NCBI GenBank assembly: GCA_051362555.1 | Contig: CM120649.1 | Coordinates: 11,842,001-11,906,000, forward strand | Direction of reading: 5' to 3' | Source: Lingula anatina | Lineage: Eukaryota > Animalia > Brachiopoda | Length of the DNA stretch: 64,000 nt | Part shown: positions 40,408-52,422 of the stretch, in pieces | Position numbering within the stretch: position 1 is the stretch's first letter | How the letters are laid out: each line of letters begins with the position of its first letter | Program-made: the position numbers and the translations under genes | The notes under the pieces: generated by a model | What the model was told of the DNA's origin: nothing | Database searches by the model: none | What the model saw: the letters and a program-made list of their open reading frames with translations, nothing else

Positions 40408-40730
40408 TGTAGTGCCAGGGGCAGGTAGAACCGGCCGGGTAGCTTAGTAGGTAAGAGCACTCGCCCTGTAAGCGAGGGGTCCCGGGTTCGATTCCTGGTC
40501 TGGCTGGTGGTTTTTCTGCACTCACCCCAAATCGCTACAATGGTGGCAGCGGTGTTGCGAGATAGGGCTCGCGTCTTTCGGCATTTGAGGGGGAGGAGTG
40601 TAGTGCCAGGGGCAGGTAGAACCGGCCGGGTAGCTCTGTAGGTAAGAGCACTCGCCCTGTAAGCGAGGGGTCCCGGGTTCGATTCCTGGTCTGGCTGGTG
40701 ATTTTTCTGCACTCACCCCAAATCGCTACA
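40408..40730 (+). mobile_element. 323-bp terminal-repeat retrotransposon in miniature (TRIM) with a tRNA-like gene in each LTR (Ajax/Cassandra-like)
   Basis: LTRs 40408-40539 and 40599-40730 (132 bp, TGTAG..CTACA, 3 mismatches); 59-bp internal region with PBS TGGTGGCAGCGGT (40541-40553) and PPT GAGGGGGAGGAG (40587-40598); 4-bp TSD TGAG. Confidence 0.92.
40433..40506 (+). pseudogene. tRNA-like cloverleaf in the 5' LTR (second copy at 40624-40697)
   Basis: A box TAGCTTAGTAGG, B box GGTTCGATTCC; D arm gctt/gagc; anticodon stem ctcgc/gcgag around loop CCTGTAA (nominal TGT, lacking U33); T stem ccggg/cctgg; GU-rich acceptor stem. Confidence 0.75.
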
Positions 40731-40959
40731 TGAGTATACGCAAATAGCTCGCTGTACGAGAAGTGGCTCTAAAGCATAAACCCTTAACCGAAAATACTAC
40801 CTAACCGATGTGTTTCTCTCTTAAAACTCCTCTCAACACAAGCACTGGCAAGGAAATAATACACAGCACAGCAAAATTTCGCCGCAATTTGAAAATGAAA
40901 ACAACGATACACCTAACACCCAAAAGATAATACTGCAAGACAAGCCTCACATAAAAAAG

Positions 40960-41564
40960 ACAATCGTTTACCAGCTGCCAATCGCACACCCACGTTATTG
41001 CCTAAGAACCTAACGCCGAGGTCCATCATAGGTTGTAGGTTTATACCCAATCAAAGTGATAGCCGAATGTGCCTCCGACATTGGTCGCCACTTGTTTTGA
41101 TTACGACACGCGAAAAAGGGGTCGTGTACTTCCGGCGTGGGAGTATGACCGTGGAGCCAGGAGTAGACGTACAGAGAATTCCATACACGTACTGGAGATC
41201 AACAATGCAAATGCAGGTTTTGTGATAGATTTACCAACAGAAACAACTGGGTAATACACAAAAGGACTTACACAGGGGTGAAGCCATCCACCGGTCGTTG
41301 TTGAAAATTTTCAAACGCCGCTGTTTTAAAGGATCACTTGCTCTAGGAACACTGAAGAACGTTCGCTGCTTTTATTCTTTTTTACAATATAAAACTTTAA
41401 ATCAACGTCAAAAATTGTTCTTTTTAAGTTTTAGAGAGAAAACAGGAGATTTAGATGAGGAAATTCTGATTTGTCAGTTTCTAGTGACGTAACCAGCGGA
41501 GTAGCTTCCGACAGTATATGTAGATACTGTAGGTGACTAAACATCCAGGTGTCAGTGAAACAAA
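40960..41564. promoter_or_regulatory. Probable bidirectional promoter between XPG (-) and the THAP-zinc finger gene (+)
   Basis: CpG-enriched stretch between head-to-head genes; ETS-type acttccgg near 41128, CRE-like tgacgtaa near 41485; minus-strand donor gtaaac near 40971 could join the acceptor 9 nt upstream of the XPG ATG. Confidence 0.5.
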
Positions 41565-44032
41565 ATGCCGCAAAGTTGTGTTGCACCCGGGTGCCGTAAT
41601 GTTGGTTACGAAAAGAAAGACATCTGCTATTTTGTCCTGCCTGCAAATGCCGCAAAACGTAAACTTTGGCTCAATTCTCTGAAGTTCAAAAATCCAAGCT
41701 CAGTGTCAAAACACGCAAGGGTTTGTAGTGAACACTTCGAGCCCGAATGCTTCTTACGTGACCTGCAAGCTGAATTGTGTGGTGGAAAAGCACGAAGAAA
41801 ACTAAGAGATGATGCTGTACCCAGTATATTCGATTTTTCGGAGTACCAAAATGCAACAGTAAATGCCAGAGCGCTGCCGACGAGAGACTTACCTGCAGGA
41901 CGTGTGCATGATGCGGTCGTCGAAAGGAAGAAGAGAGCAGCTGCTAGAGCCCAAAAACAGTTCGTAGCAGAGGTACGTTGTCGAATTATTTGGTCCTGTG
42001 GGTGAAAACTTGAATATGTTAACATGATAGTAGTGTCAAATTTTTACAATGAAATACAGCTGCGGAAGTAGTGAGGTAAGTTGTAGAGGTGTGAAATGTA
42101 GTGGCCGGTACTATCAATCCAATATCTTTGCCCTTTTGTCCACATACCTGGCTTTTCCAGAATGACACAGGTAAACTGCACAGGTGTGAAAAAATATGTC
42201 AGCTGTCACACCTGCAAATGTTAGGTTACTTTATCTTGTCAGTGGGAATTAAGAACGTTCAGCTGACACGATGGGTAGGAATGTGTGAAAAACTATGTTA
42301 GCTGCTCTGCTTCAAATTCTTTACTGTAAACATAGAGTTTTGTTGTATTTTGTTGGTTTATAAATGATAACCACATAGATAATTCATCTTCTTTTGTGTA
42401 TCTATCTTCAAAAATTTGAATTTATAAATGATCAAGTAGTAATCAATTGCGTATATCTCTTTTAGATTGCACTGCTAGCGAGCGCCTAAAGCCTTTGGTC
42501 TAAAGTGGGTCTGGCTAAATTGTGCAATACGCCGCCATACAGTGCAATACGCTTGAAAAAACAAGTCCAGTCACAAGAAAACACCGGAAACTGTCATTCT
42601 AAACAAAATTGGCTGATATGAGAGCGAAATATATTACAAAATAATTATAGCCTTGATAAAAGTTAAAAACTTAACAAATTTGCACATTTTCTTTATCATT
42701 GGGTCAGACGCCAAGTTGGTTAGTGGCTTTTCTTGGCCTGTAATATTGTCAAGAAGAGCCACAAGCCAACATGGCTGTCGACCCGACAATATTAGAAGTA
42801 GCGCCAGTGTGTTAGTTATATCAATGACATCAATAATCTAGTCAAATATTTTGCTTTTTTATCACCTTATTTTGTTGAGAATGACCGTTTTCTGTGTTTT
42901 CTTGTGACTGGACTTATAGTTTATTATTGTAATTTTAGTTATATGATTATATAATGTATACTGTTAGGTCATAGTCATTGTAAAAAATGTACTTGAACCG
43001 CAATAAATAAATAAATAAATAATTAATACAAGTGTATTGCACTGTATTGTGGCATATTGCTCAATTTAGCCAGACTGGTTTAAAGTTCATATTACCTGTC
43101 AACTCATGCACAGAGATTTTATTTTTTGAAAATTTGTTAATTCTAAACACGCATTCACTCAAAATTTTTGCAAACATTTTTGTGTGTAATGCAGATGGAA
43201 CAATCATGGTAAGAATTCTGATACAGCTTATTTGTCTAGCAACAACATACATTTACATGATGTAAAATTTTGATATTATTTTTTTTTTCAGATTCACAAT
43301 ACAATAGATTCTGAAATGATAGTCCAGAAGAGATATACCATGCCTCTTGAAATAATAACCCAACATGGAGCAAGACCGTTCAAATATCAGTATTTTGAAA
43401 AGATGTTTAATGTTAATCAGAGTGATATGCAACCTGAAGTGAACCAAATGAGAAAAAAACCATTCAAATGCCAATATTGTGAAAAGAGATTTAGTATCGC
43501 ACTGAGTTGTATACAACACGAAAGGACTCACCATGGAGAAAACCCCTTCAAATGCCAGTATTGTGATATGAGTTTTAGTGTCAGAAGTAGCTGTACACAA
43601 CATGAAATGATTCACAGAAGAGGAAAACCATTCAAATGCAAATTCTGTGAAAAGGGTGTTCAGTTTAAACCTAGATGTATACAGCACGGAAGGTCTCACA
43701 GTGGAGAAACACCATACCAATGCCAGTATTGTGAAAAGAGCTTTATTGTAAAAGATCAGCGTAAACGCCATGAATTGATTCACACTGGGGATTCACTTCA
43801 CTCTTTGGGAAAGGAAAAACCACATGGGACTGAGGCTTCAGTTCAGTCTTTCAAAGAGGAAATTCAAGTTGAAGATGTAGCACATGAGACAAAGGAACAG
43901 AGGGAATCTAACACAGAAGGCATAGTCAAAAGGGAGTTTAACGATAACATTGCTCCAGAAGTGAGGCTTGAACTTGAAGAAATATATCCTGTTGCAATGT
44001 TTAGAAATGTTTTTGCAGATGCTGGTGTATAA
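41565..44032 (+). CDS. THAP-domain plus C2H2 zinc-finger protein (382 aa, 2 exons)
   Basis: Exon 41565-41972 (donor GAG|gtacgt): THAP signature M-x3-C-x4-C..P..W..VCSEHF..AVPSIF. Exon 43292-44032 (ttttcag acceptor, phase 0): four C2H2 fingers with GEKPF-like linkers, one degenerate finger, acidic tail. Confidence 0.8.
42563..42915. mobile_element. MITE with ~70-bp imperfect TIRs in the THAP-ZF intron
   Basis: aagtccagtcacaagaaaacaccggaaactgtcattctaaacaaaat ... attttgttgagaatgaccgttttctgtgttttcttgtgactggactt. Confidence 0.7.
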
Positions 44033-44553
44033 TGGCTGGTAATACTAGTACATAAATTAAAATCTAGATTAGAGCTGGACCTTTAAGAATACATTTAAAG
44101 CTTTTTAGTAACTTAAAGTTATTAATTTATGTCAGATATTTAGGAATGGGGTAATTGATTAAACTGGTAAAATAAATTTCATTATTCTATGACTGCATGT
44201 TGAAAGAAAAATGAATGTAATTAAAAGGACTTTATTCTCCTTGTCATTGATGAGTTTCTTGAATGTTGTTCAGTGTATAACAATGCATGTTAGTCTAGTG
44301 GGATTTCCACAAAAGATGAATAGTAGGGGCATTTTGGGGTAAAAGTTGGGAACCAGGCTTATTAGCATAATTTTGGGATGCTGAATCCGATTTACCCGGT
44401 TCCCAAGCGAAATTTTGCGTTTTTAATGGTCTAATTTGCAAAAAAACAAAATGGCCGCCAGATTTCCTATTTTCTGCAATACCTCTGGAACTAGACAGGG
44501 GAATATGACAAATGAAGTGTCTTTACCTATATTTTCAGGGTCGAGGAACATCA

Positions 44554-46671
44554 CTTGTTTATATCCTTACCGAATCCTAGTCAAAGGTTTATCAATGACC
44601 TTCAGAGTGACCTCTTCCACTTTTTGTGGAACTCAAAGATCGATAAAGTTAAGCGGGATATAATTATTAAAAATTACGATGAAGGTGGTATCAAAATGAC
44701 ACACTTGCCTTCACTGATATCATCACTAAAATTAACATGGATTAGACGTATTTATACAAAAAGGAAAAAATGGCAAATTATCGTAGCTAAATATCTAAAT
44801 TTTGAACTTTTGTCAGTGGGTGGTAATGAGTATTTGAATAAATGTCTAAAAGTTTGCAGAAACCGGTTCTGGGGGGATGTGTTACTTGCATGGAAAGAAC
44901 TCAGGGTTAAGGAAGACAAGTTAAGGGGGAAAAACAAGCCCGTTTTGGACACCCCTGTCTGGTATAACGAAGCCCTAAAAGTAGACAGTAAGGTAATATA
45001 CTATAAGCACTGGTTTAATAAAGGTATATCTACAATAAGGGACTTTATAAAAGACACTAAAACAATTACCTTTTTTTCACAAGAAGAAATAAATAAGCGA
45101 TATGGCATTCAGACCAACTTCCTAGAATATCAAGGGGTGGTAAGCATTATTAAGCGATACTTGAAATTGCATGATATAAACGAATCTGAAGTAATGCTCC
45201 CTAAACTCCCAGAGTATTTAAGTATCTTCTTTAAAAGTAAGAAGGGCTGCCAAGATTTTTATAAAATTCTTAGTAAGAATGCTTCTATTTCAAAGGGCAA
45301 AATAAATTGGAATAAATTGTTTGATATTAATGACAAAGAGTGGTCTCTAATAAATAAACTGCCTTTCAACCTTCCTATCAGTCCTAAATTTAAATGGTTC
45401 CAGTATAAAATAAATCAACATATATTACCGACAAATAGTTATCTTGCAAAAACTGGTTTAGTTAACACCCCCCTTTGTAAAAGGTGCGAGAAAGAGACGG
45501 AGACAATTATTCATGTACTTTGGGATTGTTCTGTAACTGAAACCTTTTTAAATGTAATCAAAGACAAGCTGAATATGACTTTAGAGAAAAAAACATTTAT
45601 ATTTGGAATTCTTGACAAAAATGAAAATAATAAAGATTCGTATAATGTCCTAAATATGTTAATCAAATACTATATCTACAGCTTTAGGTGCAGAAACAAA
45701 CAATTATTACTTATTTCTTTTGTTGAATTTGCTAAAAAATATCTGGACTCGGTACAGAATTTGGACCACCTTAAGGCCATGTACGTTTGCTTGCACAATT
45801 TAATACTTAGACTTGCTTAGAATGATACAATACGTGTCGAGTGTAAATGTATGACAATCTCTTACTGTTTGGAGTCATAGCCAATTGTGCATGTCTAATA
45901 TCTTTGCGTACCTAAGTTCACATCTCGATAGTCTGTACTGTCAGTCTTTGGTGTTGCACCAGACTGTTCATGGATACTTGTTATATGTTGGTTATGTAAT
46001 GTGTAGCAACTTGTTATGTGTACCTGAGTTCACAGCTGAGTGGAGATTATTGTACGCTTATTTGTTCTGTATGATCATGTAAGTGAGTGATACTTTCCGT
46101 TATTCCCGACAATCGGCATAATAACATATGTTGTGACTGTGGTAAAAATGGTACGTTAGTAATATGTAGAATCTGGTGTGACTTATATATGATAATAACT
46201 GGTTTGTTTGTTTATATGTTACCATATATGTTAATCAGTTCGTGTTATGTGTAGCAACTTGTTATGTGTACCTGAGCTCACAGCTAAGTGGAGACTATTG
46301 TACGCTTATTTGTTCTGTATGATCATGTGAGAGATGCTTTCTGTTATTCCCGACAATCGGTATAATAATATATATTGTGACTGTGGTATAAATGGTACGT
46401 TAGTAATATGTAGAATCCGGTGTGACTCATATATGATAATAATCTGGTTTGTTTTGTTTATATGTTACGATGTTAATCAGTTTGTGTTATGTGTATTGTA
46501 TACTATTACTTCTGTTATTTTGTGCAACGTATTCTGTCACTCCCTTGTGCTGTTTATGTCCAATGAGACTACTGTATGCTAGTTTGTCTGTTGCATATAT
46601 GTTGTAATATGTGTTTAGTGTGAAAATGTATGTTTTGTTTTGTGATGTCAATAAAAAAAAAAAAAAAAAAA
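44554..46671 (+). mobile_element. 5'-truncated L1/Tx1-clade non-LTR retrotransposon (ORF2 C-terminus, 3'UTR, poly-A)
   Basis: Uninterrupted 421-aa frame 44555-45820 with post-RT motifs (FLWN..KVKR..GG..P, WYN, FQYKI..ILPTN) and CCHC finger CKRCEKETETIIHVLWDC; ~248-bp tandem duplication in the 3'UTR; AATAAA running into a poly-A tail at 46650-46671. Confidence 0.9.
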
Positions 46672-47559
46672 GATGTTTCTGTTAGAATTAGATTTACGCA
46701 ATTTTCCTAAATATGCAAATTAGGATCGCCATTACTGAAAAACCGTTTTACTTCTGTATCTCTGTAACTAGGAAAGCAAACATGACAAATGAAGTATCTA
46801 CACCTATGTTCTCAGGGTCAGGGAATGTGATAAATCAGATGTCTTATGGGTAGCACTGACTTTGTGAATCATGTCCGAGTAGCATCTTTTATTGTTTCTT
46901 CCCTGTATCTGTCAAACACAAGTCAATCTGCTGATAGTTAGAACCTGCCTTCAGAACTGCTTTTACGTTAACTAGGCAAGCAAACATGACATATGAAGTG
47001 CCCACACCCATGTTTTCAGCGTTAGGGAAAGTGATTAAGACATTTTCACTATAATCAAATCAGCAATGAGTGCTACACTGTCACACTGTAGCAATTATTC
47101 GAATCTGAATTGAATTCTGCAATTAAATACTGCGCTGCCATTGGGATGTAAACATATTGGATCACACAACTGCCCCTTTTACTTAGATTTAAAAAAAAAT
47201 TACCTTATTAATGCAGTGGACGGATTTGCTGAATCAAGTAATTCATGTGATGCAATGTACAGACTTCACATTTAAAATGGATTTTTTTCAAACATTTTCT
47301 TTGATTTTTTTCCCATATATTAGTAATGGATGAAAAACACTTGTTATCGTGTTCGATATGGCTTTAATAAATCAACCTGTGTGAATACATCATCATAAAT
47401 TTAATTTAAATACTTATTCAAATCAGCGTTATAAACAGCGCATGGATAATTTTATAGCTGATAACAAACTGGTATTAAATTCTTATGAACTCGATATTAT
47501 CAAGAATATCAGTTGGTAAGGATTTTCTCTCACACAAAAGAATCATCAAGACAAATGTG

Positions 47560-48574
47560 AAAAATGGAAACTGATGACAACGCGTGCAGCCTCTTCTAAC
47601 TGCAACCAGAGCCCTCATTCCATGCAGAGAGGTTTCTGAGAATATGATTCAGCATTGTGTTACACGCATTAGTCAGAGCTTGCCTAGGCTTGTGCCGATT
47701 TGTAGGGTGGATGGGTAAGCTCTTGATTCTGCTAGCGATTTACAGGTTTTCTATAGAATTCATGTCAGGGGAATTTCGTCGGCCAAGGCAACTGGTTTAC
47801 CTCTTGGTTTTGCAGAAAAGCAGTTATTGCATGGGCATAGTGTGGTCGGACATTGTCATCTTGCAGGATGAAGTTGTCCTGGAAGTACCTTCTTGCAAAT
47901 TGCAAGCAAGTATTCTCTAAAATGTCTCTGTATTTTATCTGGTTGGGTTTTTCCGTCAATTGCCACCAATAGTGTTTTGGCTCCAGAGTGGAAACCGGCC
48001 CATACACAGTTACTGCCACGGCCACAAGTCACTGTAGTGTGACTCAATCCTCGTGCAGTAACTCGTCTGGAAACCTACTGACTCTGATTCAGCCATCGCG
48101 GTGGTGGAACTGAAACCCTGCCTCATCTGTAAAAATCTACATGAACCCAGTGCTGTGCCTGGAACCGCAAATGGCGTCTAGCCCACCATGTTGCTCTGTT
48201 CATAGAGTTAACCAGCTAAAAGTAGCCTTGCATTCACTATAGTTCTAGAAACATGCTTTTGAATGGTAATTTGCCACTCATTTTGTACAGCAAGAGTTGT
48301 CTTTGTTCGGTTGTTGCGACATAACCGCAGAAGCAAGCGGTCTTCCCTTCTGGTGGTGACATTAGGACGTCCTGACCGTGGTCTCAGACTGTGTTAATAC
48401 ACCAGTCTGGGCGTGTTTCTGTACGACGTTAGAAACTGCTCCCTGGGACACATTCAGCTGTCTGGCAATAGCAGTTTGCTTCTGTCCATTCTGGCATAAT
48501 GCAACAATAGTGTGGCAAGTTGCTGCCGTTAGTTCACATACCGTAAGGTCAGCTAAGAGTCTGCAAAATATCAA
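47560..48574 (-). pseudogene. Decayed Tc1-family (DD34E) transposase
   Basis: HTH QTAIARQLNVSQGAVSNVV; TDE motif near 48120-48130; FILQDDNVRPH..LPWPTK, then after a 1-nt frameshift SPDMNSIENL, giving 34 residues between the second D and the E; several frameshifts and stops. Confidence 0.85.
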
Positions 48575-51500
48575 ACTTCTGACTGGACGTTGCCGAAATA
48601 TAGAGACTTATTCTGCAGAACTGCTGCCCTTTTATACGCATTCTGTAACCAGCCAAAGAGGACTGCTCAGACAAACTGCCACATATTACGTAAGGCGGGT
48701 CCTGACCCCCCCCCCCCCCCCTTCGAATTCTGGTCCCCCCTTCGAATTCTGGTCCCCCCTTGAAATTATAATTTTGACTAGCTGAATCATACTTGTAAAC
48801 CATACCAAATGGCACCGTTCACCCCTTAAATACCAAAATTTTTCGTGGCCCTTCAACAGGCCCCTAACCCGTTGCCAAGTTGGGGGGGGGGGGAGGGGGG
48901 AGGCTTTGCATCCGCGGACTCCCCCCTTAAAATAATCCTGGATCCGCCTCTGCTCACCTTGCCTTATAATTGATGGGCAAGCACTGGCAATTTCACTGGG
49001 AAAGCCTGACAATGCAGTGACCTTTGGTAGTTTGGCTGACACGTAGGCCTACGTAAGAGCAGTTCTGAAGGCAGGTTTTAACTATCAGCAGATTGACTTG
49101 TGTTTGACAGATACAGGGAATTAACAATAAAAGGTGCTACTCGGACATGATTCACAAAGTCAGTGCTACCCATCAGACAAGAAATCTGATTTATCACATT
49201 CCTTGACCCTGAGAACATAGGTGTAGACACTTCATTTGTCATGTTTGCTTGCCTAGTTACAGAGATACAGAAGTAAACCGTTTTTTCAGTAATGGCGATC
49301 CTAATTTGCATATTTAGGAAAATTGCGTAAATCTAATTCTAACAGAAACATCTTAATAATGTTCCTCGACCCTGAAAATATAGGTAAAGACACTTCATTT
49401 GTCATATTCCCCTGTCTAGTTCCAGAGATATTGCAGAAAATAGGAAATCTGGCGGCCATTTTGTTTTTTTTTTTTTGCAAATTAGACCGTTAAAAACGCA
49501 AAATTTCGCTTGGGAACCGGGTAAATCGGATTCAGCATCCCAAAATTATGCTAAGAAGCCTGGTTCCCAACTTTTACCCCAAAATGCCTCTTGCCTCTTA
49601 TGCAGAGCCTTTTTTCAAAAATCTCACTAGACTATGTGCAGAAAGTGACAAAAGTAAAACATTTTTTTTAGTATTTTGGAATAAAGGAGGCAAAAAATAA
49701 GGTTGGAAGACATTGCAAATTTTGCAAATCAAAGTGAAGCAACGCTTTTATTGTAAATTATCTAGAAAAAAAATGAAAGATAAGGTTCAATACTTCCATA
49801 AGATGAAAACCAAAATTTGCTGTGTGATTATGATGCCATTCAGAGCAGAAGATCCAAGGATCTACAGATCAAATATGGCGGACCTTACATGAAAGAATAT
49901 CCGACTAATCCACTAATGGTCTCCCCACCTCCACACGCCCGTCCTTGCAGGGGTCTAGTCCAAACCTCGGAGCCGTGATTTAATCAGTCTAAAGGCACAT
50001 GTAGAAGCGGAGAGACCATTAGTGGGCTAGTCGGCTCTTCTTAGATCGCATTCACAACGAGTTGAGCCAGGCTTTACAAATCCTGGGGTCTAAATATGGC
50101 GGTCGTACATGAAAGAAAAACCCCCTCATCTTTTAATAGTCTCTCCGCCTCTCACACGCCTCCCCACACGTCGTCCCTGCGGGGGGTCAGTCATTAAATC
50201 TCGGCTCCATTGGGACGACACATGGGACGTGAAAAATCTTTCAGTCGCCCTGGTAGAGGGTAAGAAAATTGTATCTCCATAAAGGTTGGTTCAATTTATA
50301 CGATCCATTGAGGTGGTGTAATATTCTGAAACACGGGGAAAAAATGACAAATCTCTTAAATTTGTCAGAAATCTTCAAATTTATATTGCTGTTAGATCAA
50401 TATGAGAGAGGAAATTCAGAAGAAATATTTTAAATTCTGAAACAGTCTGATTTAATTAAAAACATGAGAGTACAAGGAGGTGGTTGCCACTTTTCACACC
50501 ACCAAATAAAAATAAGTTTCAAAGAAAAAAATATTTCAGAGGAACGACCTTAAGATTTTATTGGAATGTTGGGTTTGGTCATAATCAAATATAATAGAAA
50601 ATAGTAAATATCAGCTGCTTGAGTTAATTGTAAAGGGAATACAGTGAATTGCTTGCATGTCGTCTGTCTGTTGAAAAAATACGGTCTAATATATATATAA
50701 GATCTATTGTCTGTTGCGTCCCTGTCCTGTCACGGCCCTTGGTCTAATTAATGGGGGTCGCGTTTAGACACTGGACACGGAGGTTGATGTTTACTTGCCT
50801 TCTCGTACGCCATTATCATACAAGTTGTGAACTACGCTGAGTGTTCTTCTCAGATGCTGTAAGTATATCGTTTGGTTTAATTCCGTAGATAGTTCAACTA
50901 TTTAGAATAACCTTACTGGTGAAAAAGTACAATATGTTAAAGGCTGTTGTAATAGATTTAATTGTTGAAAGTTAATTATGAAGTATATACTTTCTGTGTC
51001 CGTCTATATGTATCATTGGTCTTTAAATGAGCAACACGTATGGGCCCCGAAACCCACCCAAGGGGGCCGAGGGTCGATTTCGTATTCTGTCATTCCTAAA
51101 AAAAAAAAGAACAATCCTGGATCTGCCCCTCATACTACCTGTAAACCGCATTCAGCAGACAAAAAGGTATCTTCTCTGCGGAATTATTTGCCAAATATAT
51201 TTTTCTCAAAATTCGCATCGTCGCAATTTAAAAAATGGAATGAAAGCTGAGTATTCTATATCCCAGGAACTGTGATGACTACCCCCCCCCCCTTTCCCAG
51301 CTGGGACCCTCTCAAGATATAAAAGATGATATCAACACCCTTCAATTTTTTTAAAGAGAATTAGGCCCTTAAAGTAGAACCTCGCACTGAGCGACAGGTC
51401 CCATGGCGTACATGTACAATTAATATTGTACACGTTGTCCAGATTTGTCACAGGGGGCAGACTGTGTCTGTCACCACCAGACGCTAGTCAACATGAAACA

Positions 51501-52422
51501 TGAGCAATGTGTCCCAAGGGGCTTGACAATTACTTAACACTGATAGCTTACAGTGTAAGTCAGGCCTATCAATAGGTTTGTAAAAATTGCTGCAGTTAAA
51601 TATACAGAAAAATTCCTATGTATTTAGTTTCTGAAGCGTATAAGCAATACTGCACCTGCACTACCTATCAATGTCACGTACTTCATGGTTTCACACGTTC
51701 TCGTGTTCTTATTTAGTGGCGTGTAGGAGGAAAGTTCACCTGTTGCATGTATATAAAACTGCTTGAAACAATCAGAGATTTCATTGTTTTGAATACCGAA
51801 CTTTGAACGAGTAAATGTTCAGAATATTTGAGCATGTTTGTGTTCCATAAAAGCGGAACCCCCACGGTTACAAGGTTTCTACGGCGCTAATCCTGTCCCA
51901 CCTCCAGTAATTGTCATATGGCTAAATGGGTTTCTGCCATGGTTTTACTAATCTTACATGTTACTTTCGCGCGGTAACATTGACATGAATTTTCGGGTGA
52001 CTCCCTCTCTCCAGTATTCCAATTATTGAACAAAGCAGAATTGTGGTTTTATGTTGTTCTTTAGATTATAAATATTTCTCAATAGTAAGCGACACTGCAG
52101 TGGCTGTCTGAAGCAATTGTACCATAAGTTAATCTGTTAATCTGTTATTAATCTGTTAATAAGTTAATCTGTCTCAATTAAACTTCACTAGATACCATTA
52201 TAAAATAAACTGCTATTCTACCACCATTTTTAATTTTGCAGCCATTTTAAATTTTGAATAAGCTCTGCTTGGAGTAACCAGGTAGCATATTTTATAGCAT
52301 TACAGGGCTCACACAAAGCTAAATTAACATCATCTATAATATAAACGTTTATAATTATTTTTTAAGGTCATTCACGTACCGCTGGTATACAGTTCGTGCG
52401 CTGAGGCGACCTCTATATAGCC

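Larger units (their letters stand above)
44291..49634. mobile_element. Academ-like non-autonomous DNA transposon with ~570-bp TIRs
   Basis: Termini TAGTCTAGTG..CACTAGACTA, 3-bp TSD TGT (44288-44290, 49635-49637). Left TIR = 44291-44553 plus 46672-46968 (split by a LINE); right TIR ~49051-49634, almost an exact reverse complement. TAG..CTA ends with 3-4 bp TSD are typical of Academ. Confidence 0.8.

Noticed and set aside
40433-40697. Two functional tRNA-Thr(TGT) genes
   Set aside because: They lack U33, have a GU-rich acceptor stem and no oligo-T terminator directly after the 3' end, and are embedded in LTRs with PBS, PPT and TSD.
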